The notes beneath the pieces are model-generated. The model searched no databases. It had not been told where the DNA came from and saw only the letters and a list, made by a program, of their open reading frames with translations. 64,000 nt of DNA from Brevinematales bacterium. Lineage in GTDB: Bacteria > Spirochaetota > Brevinematia > Brevinematales > GWF1-51-8. The stretch is from assembly GCA_020059465.1 (NCBI GenBank), contig JAGVBZ010000025.1, forward strand, positions 2,913 through 66,912, read 5' to 3'. The position numbers and the translations under genes are program-made. Numbering within the stretch: position 1 is the first letter of the stretch; each line of letters opens with the position of its first letter. Below, one piece after another: positions 17,856-25,500 of this stretch.

Positions 17856-18872
17856 CTACTGAATTTCGAGCTTGCCCTTCAGATTGCCGTTTTTATAGAG
17901 AAGCTGCAGAATAGTGATAATTTCATCGGTGCTTGCCCCTAGCTTGTTCAGCCCGTCCGCGAGTTCCGCGACAGTCGCGCTGGATTTCATCACCTTAACG
18001 GTTTCGCTGGCATTCTGTCCGCCTGAGGAACCGCCCCAGCTTGCCGCGCCGCCCCCGACCTGCACCTTCGTCCCCTTGAACGATACCGCCGCCTCGGTAA
18101 TCATTACGTTCCCGCCCGAAACAATTACTCCCTGCTTCGCGTCGATCAATACCCTCGGCTCCTGATCGATATCCACCGACATTTTATTCAGTTCGAAAAT
18201 GAAGTCGTATATTTCCATCCCCGCGGGAATTTTCATCCGTATCTTGTAATTCTGCACTTTAGTAATCGCATCGGGGTACTTTTTCTGAATCGTTTCTTTG
18301 ACCTTACTGACCACGCCCATACCAAGCTTTTCGTTGACATAGATTGTCAACTGCCCGTTGGTATCGGTGATCTGGTGAAAAATCTCCTCCTGCACAATCC
18401 CGCCGAGAGGGACGATTCCGGTGACGCTCTTGGAGCCGTTCTCGACCATCAGCCTGCCCTGCGCGATCGCATATATCTGGTTGTCCCCGCCCAGCAGCGG
18501 CGTGATAATCAGTTCTCCGCCTTCCAGCGACTTCGCGTCGAAAACCGACGCCACACTCACATCGACATGACTCCCTATGGGGGCGAACGGGGGAAGCTGC
18601 GCGCTGACCAGCACGATTGCGGAGTTCTTCGGCTTCAGGAGCATGGGGTCGACATAAAACCCGAAATTATTCGCGATCATCGATAGGACTTCCTTTGTCT
18701 GCGACCCGGTCGTACTGTCGCCTGTCCCCTTCAGCCCGACCACAATACCGTAACCGAGGACAGGGTTGACCTGCATCCCTTCTATAGAGATAATATTTTT
18801 TAACGGTACGCTTTCCGCGAAAAGCCCCGCAGCGATAAAAACAAACAGTCCTGTTATGAATAAACCGCGCAT
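17856..18872 (-). CDS. flgI: Flagellar P-ring protein
   Basis: 338 aa with a signal peptide, VVGLKGTGDS, ITEAAVSF and a C-terminal LNKLGASTDEIITILQLLYKNGNLKGKLEI. Confidence 0.93.
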   Translation of the reverse strand: MRGLFITGLFVFIAAGLFAESVPLKNIISIEGMQVNPVLGYGIVVGLKGTGDSTTGSQTKEVLSMIANNFGFYVDPMLLKPKNSAIVLVSAQLPPFAPIGSHVDVSVASVFDAKSLEGGELIITPLLGGDNQIYAIAQGRLMVENGSKSVTGIVPLGGIVQEEIFHQITDTNGQLTIYVNEKLGMGVVSKVKETIQKKYPDAITKVQNYKIRMKIPAGMEIYDFIFELNKMSVDIDQEPRVLIDAKQGVIVSGGNVMITEAAVSFKGTKVQVGGGAASWGGSSGGQNASETVKVMKSSATVAELADGLNKLGASTDEIITILQLLYKNGNLKGKLEIQ

Positions 18873-18881
18873 TATTTTCCC

Positions 18882-19655
18882 CTATTTTTTAATCAGTTTC
18901 GCAATCAGCATTTTACCGCTGTTGATATTCTCTACCAGATAAGTCACATCGTCCAGTTTCCGGATGATCCGGGCCTCTACAGTAATTATCAGCCCGCCTA
19001 ATTTATACACGAGATAGGCTTTATAGTCCTGTATCTTATCGATATAAACCTCGTTATCAGCCGGCTGGATAGCATTGGGATACCCGGGCGCCGAGGGCAC
19101 AGTATTGTAGTTTGTCGGCCATACTGCAGCTGCCGCCGGAACAGCCTGCGGTAAGACCTCCGGCGCCTTCATCGGGAACGACAGCATCAGCATGGACGGG
19201 GTTCCCATTTCTTTCGTCAGATCGATATAATTCACCGACACGACTACTTTATCGCCTTTCATGTTATAGTCCGAGTTTACGATATAAAACTTCCCCGGGA
19301 GCATCTCCGGTTTCAATGCCGGCACAGCGTTGGGATATAGGGACAGAAGGCCGTTAATGATATCCTGCGCGGAGGACAGCGAAGGGATATACCGCAGGTC
19401 GATTCCGCTTCCGACTAAAGTAAAGTCCTTATATCCCGCGTTTTGAAACAAAACACCCAATTCTTTATTCGAAAAAACTTTACTCTTATCGGTGGGTATG
19501 ATATAATTACTTCCGAAGGGCGCATGACAAAGCGACGCGAGACTCATTTTAGGCTGAGTGGTATAAATAGTTTTCGGAAGATAGATCGTAATTGAAAAAC
19601 CGGGAACGCCCGTTAAAATCAGTAACATAATAATGAAAAATATTCGAACGCGCAT
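18882..19655 (-). CDS. flgA: Flagellar P-ring assembly chaperone FlgA-like
   Basis: 257 aa with a signal peptide. Lies immediately upstream of flgI with a 9-nt gap. The C-terminal VENINSGKMLIAKLIKK matches the conserved FlgA end (v-N-x-x-SGK-x-h-x-x-x-V). Confidence 0.7.
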   Translation of the reverse strand: MRVRIFFIIMLLILTGVPGFSITIYLPKTIYTTQPKMSLASLCHAPFGSNYIIPTDKSKVFSNKELGVLFQNAGYKDFTLVGSGIDLRYIPSLSSAQDIINGLLSLYPNAVPALKPEMLPGKFYIVNSDYNMKGDKVVVSVNYIDLTKEMGTPSMLMLSFPMKAPEVLPQAVPAAAAVWPTNYNTVPSAPGYPNAIQPADNEVYIDKIQDYKAYLVYKLGGLIITVEARIIRKLDDVTYLVENINSGKMLIAKLIKK

Positions 19656-19845
19656 GGAGATTCCTCCTCAATTCAATATCGGAATAAACCCTGAATAATG
19701 TAGTAAAAAGTACAGGCGGGGCGGGCGTTTGCACTTGTGCATTTTCGTGCGTAATGCCTACATGCAGGGGCAAATTCAATTATTAAACTTAGTATAAAAA
19801 TGGTATATACTTATAGCATATGTATTTAGAAATTTTTGCTTTTTT

Positions 19846-19861
19846 TGGCATAGTAATTGCA
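19846..19861 (+). promoter_or_regulatory. Sigma54-type (-24/-12) promoter element
   Basis: TGGCATAGTAATTGCA fits TGGCAY-N5-TTGCW, with GG and GC at the canonical 10-nt spacing. No + strand CDS follows. Confidence 0.45.
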
Positions 19862-19871
19862 TATTAATATT

Positions 19872-20000
19872 ACACCCCCCAATATATCTCTCGGCCTAGG
19901 CCGGGATTTCACCTCCTCGAAAGAGGAGGTGGTTAAAAAAAAGCCCCCTTAAATAAATGTCCAAAAAAGAAAACCCCTCTTGATTTGGGGTTTTCTTTTT
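19872..20000 (+). ncRNA. Candidate sigma54-dependent small RNA (~125 nt)
   Basis: Bracketed by the -24/-12 element and an intrinsic terminator. It holds three hairpins: CTCGGC-CTAG-GCCGGG, CACCTCCTC-GAAA-GAGGAGGTG, and AAAACCCC-N9-GGGGTTTT followed by a T-run. The only ORF is 8 codons with no RBS. Confidence 0.35.
19963..20000. terminator. Bidirectional rho-independent terminator
   Basis: AAAACCCC (19970-19977) pairs with GGGGTTTT (19987-19994). A T-run follows on the + strand (CTTTTT) and on the - strand (CTTTTTTGG). It ends the maeB-like/PNP/DUF503 operon on the - strand. Confidence 0.75.
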
Positions 20001-20292
20001 ATTCATGCACAATGAATTCGGTGCTGTATGAGTGAATGATGTCGGGGTGGAATCTCTCGACAAGATTATAAACGTTCGACAGGACGCTGTTCAAGTGATC
20101 GGTCTCGTTGGAAACCGCCGACACCGCTATGATGGTTTTCTGCCCGAAATGGTCTTCTTCGACAATCTCCGATACGCTGACGTTGAATTTCTTCCTGATT
20201 TTATCCTTGATGCTCCGCAGCAGATTCCGGCGTTCCTTGACCGTTTCCCAATGAGGGATATCGATTTGTATGGTGAGCAGTCCGATAATCAT
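19999..20292 (-). CDS. DUF503 (YlxP-like) protein
   Basis: 97 aa. MIIGLLTIQIDIPHWETVKERRNLLRSIKDKIRKKFNVSVSEI matches the DUF503 beta-alpha-beta pattern. Confidence 0.75.
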   Translation of the reverse strand: MIIGLLTIQIDIPHWETVKERRNLLRSIKDKIRKKFNVSVSEIVEEDHFGQKTIIAVSAVSNETDHLNSVLSNVYNLVERFHPDIIHSYSTEFIVHE

Positions 20293-20297
20293 GAGGT

Positions 20298-21104
20298 CTA
20301 TTCCCCCATCAGATACTTCATTCCTTCCGCAATTTTCCGCCGTCCAATCTTTCCCGCTTCTATGACCTCGGAATGATCGAGCTTTTTCCCGCCCAGCCCG
20401 GACGCCTTATTCGTGATCAGCGACATTCCTGCAATGCGCATCCCGTAAAACCGGCCCATGATCGCTTCCATGACAGTGGACATACCCACCGCGTCCGCGC
20501 CGATCGTCCGGAGATAACGGATTTCCGCGGGTGTTTCGTAATGCGGGCCGCGAAGCGCGGCGTACACTCCCTGAGTGAGGCCGAACTTTTTCGATAAACC
20601 TACGGCAAGCCTTTTATCATAAGCCTCCGTCATATCCTGAAATTTTTCCGATCCCGGCGCTCCCGATAACGGGCTTCCGGACTGAAGGTTGATCTGGTCG
20701 TAAATAACCATCACATCCCCTACTTCGAGCGTGTCAAGTACGCCGCCCGCGGCATTGGTCAGCAGAAGATTCTTAATACCGAGTTCCCCGAACAGCGCGA
20801 CCGAGAACGCCACCTCGAAAGGGGTCCAGCCTTCATAGAGGTGGGAACGTCCCAACTGCGCGAGGACACGTTTTCCTTCATACTCGGCGATCATGAATTC
20901 GCCGCGGTGCCCGGCTACGGCGGAATGCGGCATCCGCGCGACATTTTCGAACGGGAAACTCCCGATAATTTTAAAATCGTCGAACACATCGGAAAGCCCC
21001 GACCCCATGACCGCCGCCCATTCGACCGGTTTATCCCATTCGGGTACTGATTTTAAAAACGATTCCCTCGCCTCGGCGAGTTTGTCTTTGTTATATAGTT
21101 TCAC
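20298..21104 (-). CDS. punA: Purine nucleoside phosphorylase (trimeric PNP/PunA type)
   Basis: VMGSGLS, GRSHLYEG, LTNAAGG, GPHYETPAEIRYLRTIGADAVGMSTV. Colinear with B. subtilis PunA from memory. Confidence 0.9.
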   Translation of the reverse strand: MKLYNKDKLAEARESFLKSVPEWDKPVEWAAVMGSGLSDVFDDFKIIGSFPFENVARMPHSAVAGHRGEFMIAEYEGKRVLAQLGRSHLYEGWTPFEVAFSVALFGELGIKNLLLTNAAGGVLDTLEVGDVMVIYDQINLQSGSPLSGAPGSEKFQDMTEAYDKRLAVGLSKKFGLTQGVYAALRGPHYETPAEIRYLRTIGADAVGMSTVMEAIMGRFYGMRIAGMSLITNKASGLGGKKLDHSEVIEAGKIGRRKIAEGMKYLMGE

Positions 21105-22350
21105 CGAAAAATCTCCGTCTGTTTTCTTTTAAAATATTCAGCATATTATAAAAAATCGCGTCTTTTTCAGGCTTCAGCCTCGCAACCCCGTCGGCGATCG
21201 CCTGTTGTCCAACCGCCTCCGCCTCGTACGCAAACACTTCAAAATCGTATACCGACGGGATAATCTTTCCCTTATCGAGGTCGTTCTGGGTGATCCGTAA
21301 CGCGATAGCCTCGGCGGCGGCTTGTTTCATATTTTCGGTCACCGACATCGCGCGTACGTCCAAAAGCCCCCGGAAAATCGCCGGAAACCCCAGACAGTTA
21401 TTGACCTGATTCGGAAAATCGCTGCGTCCGGTCGCGACAACCGCCGCCCCGGCAGCCTTAGCCTCATCGGGCAGAATCTCCGGATCGGGATTGGCCATCG
21501 CGAATATTATGGGTTTCGTTCCCATCGTTTTCACCATTTCGGATGTCAATGCGCCTTTCGCGGACAACCCGAGGAATACGTCGGCCCCGCGAACTACATC
21601 CGAAAGCAGCCCCTGCTCTTTATCGGGGTTGGTCGCCCGCGCTATTTCTTCTTTCATCGGGTTCATATTATTCGTTCTGCCCTCGAAGATCGCTCCCTTC
21701 GTATCGCAGAGTATCACGTTTTTCGCGCCCCCATGCAGCATTAGACGGGTAACAGCAATACCTGCGGCGCCGCTCCCGTTTACAACAATCTTCACCTCGT
21801 CGATATTCTTCCCGACTATCTTTAACGCGTTGATGAGGCCGCCGAGCGATACCACCGCAGTACCATGCTGGTCGTCGTGAAATATGGGTATACTGAGGTT
21901 TTTAGACAGCCTTGTCTCGATATCGAAACAGCGCGGCGCGGAAATATCCTCAAGGTTGATCCCCCCGGCGATCGGCGAGATCAGTTCGACCGTACGGATG
22001 ATGGTCTCCGTGTCCTGGGTATCGAGTACAATAGGATAAGCGTCCACCCCGCCGAATATCTTGAACAGCAGGGCTTTCCCCTCCATCACCGGGATGGAAC
22101 CTCTGCATCCGATGTTTCCCAATCCAAGCACCGCAGACCCGTCGCTGACCACCAGAACCGTATTGCCCTTGATGGTATAATCGAATACTTTTTCCTCTGC
22201 GTCCGCGATTTCCAGGCAAGGCACCGCTACACCGGGCGTATATGCGAGCGATAATTCTTCGCGGGTTTTGACCGAAACTTTGGGAATCGTCTCGATTTTT
22301 CCGTTTCCTATCCCGTTATTCTGATGGTATTTTAATGCGTGTTCCCTCAC
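21091..22350 (-). CDS. NAD(P)-dependent malic enzyme (short form)
   Basis: 419 aa with LSLAYTPGV, VVSDGSAVLGLGNIG, PVMEGKALLFK, FHDDQHGTA, NGSGAAG and FAMANPDPEI. Confidence 0.92.
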   Translation of the reverse strand: MREHALKYHQNNGIGNGKIETIPKVSVKTREELSLAYTPGVAVPCLEIADAEEKVFDYTIKGNTVLVVSDGSAVLGLGNIGCRGSIPVMEGKALLFKIFGGVDAYPIVLDTQDTETIIRTVELISPIAGGINLEDISAPRCFDIETRLSKNLSIPIFHDDQHGTAVVSLGGLINALKIVGKNIDEVKIVVNGSGAAGIAVTRLMLHGGAKNVILCDTKGAIFEGRTNNMNPMKEEIARATNPDKEQGLLSDVVRGADVFLGLSAKGALTSEMVKTMGTKPIIFAMANPDPEILPDEAKAAGAAVVATGRSDFPNQVNNCLGFPAIFRGLLDVRAMSVTENMKQAAAEAIALRITQNDLDKGKIIPSVYDFEVFAYEAEAVGQQAIADGVARLKPEKDAIFYNMLNILKENRRRFFGETI

Positions 22351-22436
22351 TGCAGGCTCCTTTTTTAGGTGTAAAGATATTTTATTCGAGATTCAAGAGA
22401 ATAGCAATCAAATGACGAAAATAAATAGCATACCGC

Positions 22437-22465
22437 TTGAATTCTTTAGGAAAAGAAGGTATAAT
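22437..22465 (+). promoter_or_regulatory. Sigma70-type promoter of the surface-protein locus
   Basis: TTGAAT (22437-22442), 17 nt, TATAAT (22460-22465), leaving a leader of about 115 nt before the TTG start at 22587. Confidence 0.55.
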
Positions 22466-22586
22466 TCTTTTTGGGGTGTAATTTTATATCATTTAATAAC
22501 CATTCGTATCCATACAATATTTTTGCGCTTTTTGTATATGAAAAAAGCTAAGTTTTTATCGTACTTGTTTTGAAAGCGGGGGATTT

Positions 22587-25500
22587 TTGCAGTTAAGAAA
22601 GTTACTATTAGCTTTCTTTGTTGTAACCGGAACTGTGTCTTTAGCTTCTGCGGTCTGTATGAAAGGGGCGTACAATTCATGGACAAGCGTGAATTTTACC
22701 ACCACATACTCGCCGCCCGGGTATTGCCGGAACGTGATAACCGGGGTATCGCAGGGAAACACATTTATCGTCGGCGCGGGCATCAACGACGACTACACTA
22801 CTAAGTACTGCGGCGGTTATTGGGTTCCGGGTTCGGCCAATATGAACGCGGTATGGAGCCTGCCCGTCGGCGGCGCAGACGCGGCTTTCGATGGAGCGAA
22901 TTATTCACAGGTAAAAACTTATATCATTTTCGTATCGAGCACCGTCGCAAACGGCAACTTCGGTATCATGACCGTTTCCGGCAATCCAATCAATATTTCC
23001 GCAGTATCCGCGGGAACAGTTTACCCGCAATCCAATACTATAGTCAATCTCACCCTCTCCGGCGCGAAATGCGCGGAGGAAATCGTCTATATCCGTTACA
23101 GTACCAATAACTGGACGTCCTCGGCGTTCGTTCAGGCGACGGGCGGCGGTACCGCCTATACAGCCGTCGTACCCGGAATGCCCGGCGGTACTATTGTCAG
23201 GTACTACGCGCTGACCACATCGGCGAGTTCGGGAAACCTCGCGGCGAATCCCGACCTTCTCGCTATCAGCGTTAATAACAATAGCGGCGCGAACTATTCC
23301 TTTACTGTCCCGAAGACGACATGGCATACCGTTAAAATCGACGGGATAAACGATTTTTACACCAACGAGTGTTTCCCGACCACATCCGCAGGGTCGGGGT
23401 ATACCAACTGGATCACATGGGACAACAGCTATCTCTATATCGGATATAAGGGCGCGGATATCGCAAACGACCCCTTGGGGGCGGGAGTCCTCGTAATCTA
23501 TATTTCCACCAATACCAACACCGGGTCAGCGTACGGGGTATTGTATAATACGCAGAAACCCGTTCTGCCGTTCCGCGCGGATTACGTGTTCAATTTCGTC
23601 AACGATTACACATGGAACAGCGCGGTATGGAACGGTACCGCGTGGAACTGGAACTCGCCGTTCACCGTAATCACCGGCACCGACCTGAACCGGAACAGTA
23701 CCTATCTGGAATTCCGTATCAGCAAGTCCGACCTGAAGAATCCCGCAAATCTCGATATCTATCTTCAATTCGTGAAGAAAACCGTGGGTTTCGAATGGAC
23801 ACACGGCGCGGTGCCGTACAATACGCTGACCGACGGGTATAAAAGCAACCCGTCAAATTATATCTCCTTCAAGACGAATATCTGGAAGATCAGCAAACAG
23901 CCGTACCAATCCGCCTATAAAACTTTCGACCCCATTCCCCCGTACCAGAATATCCTGCGGTATCCCGTCAATAACCAGACGGTCTATTCCAACTACTCCC
24001 TGACAATGACCAATACCGCGCAGGATAAGATCGGGATATATAAAGTCGAATTTTACACCAATTACAACGGATTATACGGCACGGTCTATGTGACGAATTA
24101 CAACAGCAATTATACCAAAACTATTCCTCCGAACATCCTCAAACCCGGAACGAATCATTTCTACACGATCGCCTATGATACCCGGAATAAACTCTACTCC
24201 GCGACCAATACGGTAGTCGTCAAGGTGAATTCGCCGCCCCCCAAACCGGTGCTGACATTCCCGGTCAACGGCGATATGAACTTCTATCTCCTCAAGCCCC
24301 GGTTCAAATGGTATATAGGCGCGGATCCCGACGGGCAGGTAATATCCAATTACCAGATCATCGTCTCGATAAATTCGACACTGACCCCGCAGTACTTCAA
24401 TCATACCTTTGTCTCGACGTCGTCGAATTTCCTGACAATCTTCACCAATTACCTGCAGAATAACACTACTTATTACTGGTCGGTACGCGCAAACGACGGC
24501 ATCATATGGGGGCCGTGGTCGACTACCAATTATTTCCGGGTGAACCCCGCTTATATCAAGCTCGACGGCAGCCTGTCCGAATGGAACACATCCATCGGCG
24601 GAGTGAACACCGATTTCATCAGCAACGGGCAATGGATATGGAACGACAAGACGAACGACGCGGTGGTATCCGGCGACGCGCTGCCCTACGACCATCTCGA
24701 TATGCTGAAATTCGGGGTCACCGCCGATAAAAACTGTCTGTTCTTCATGTTCACCGTACCCGACCTGTCGGACGATGTGACCTACGACTCCCCACGCCCC
24801 TACATCAGCGTCTCGATCGACACGAACCTTGTAACCGGATCCGGGAATAACCAGACGGTCGAGAGCGAAGTGGGCACTCCCGCCGCCGCGAGATGGGAGC
24901 TTGAAATCATCGCGAATGTCGATGGAACCGGTTACTATACCGTTTCCGGGAGCACGACTAACTTTCACGAGTGCGGCGAAAACTGGATCACCCATTCGGC
25001 CCATCCCGGCCTGGGCGAGATCGCCATCCCGTGGGATGAGATGGGATTTAAATCGATCCCGCAGAAGCTGAATATTATCGTAAACACCGGGCGCGTAGTG
25101 GACGGCCTCGGGAATTACCATCTCCAGCCGATTTCCGGCGCGCCAAACTTCCTCGACTGTGTTTCCACCAACGATCCCGCGTCGGCGGAGTTTTCCGACG
25201 GGGTCAACAATATTTACATGAATATCTGCTTCAATACCAACGGATGCATCATCGAGACATCGTTCAAGGTCACCTGCCCGACCAACGCCCTCGCGGGAAT
25301 GCCGTTCCCGGTGGTGGTCAAAGCCCTTGCGCCGCTCGGCGGAAAGGTTTACGACTTCAACCGCGCGATCGTCTCCGCATTGTTATTCGGCGGTACGGCC
25401 TATGTCGTATCGAACACGGCATGGAAACAGGGCGTTTCCACAAACTATGTCGTCATCAATTACCTCGGTTCCAATAAAATCGTCATCCGCGACCAGCAGT

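Noticed and set aside
19954-19980. 8-codon ORF (ATG TCC AAA AAA GAA AAC CCC TCT TGA) inside the sRNA candidate
   Set aside because: The nearest SD-like sequence is 26 nt upstream and is locked in a hairpin. The ORF also runs into the terminator stem, so it is unlikely to be translated.
22489-22786. 65-aa and 76-aa - strand ORFs at the start of the giant gene
   Set aside because: They overlap the promoter, leader and 5' end of the 1790-aa gene on the opposite strand. They have no RBS or motif.
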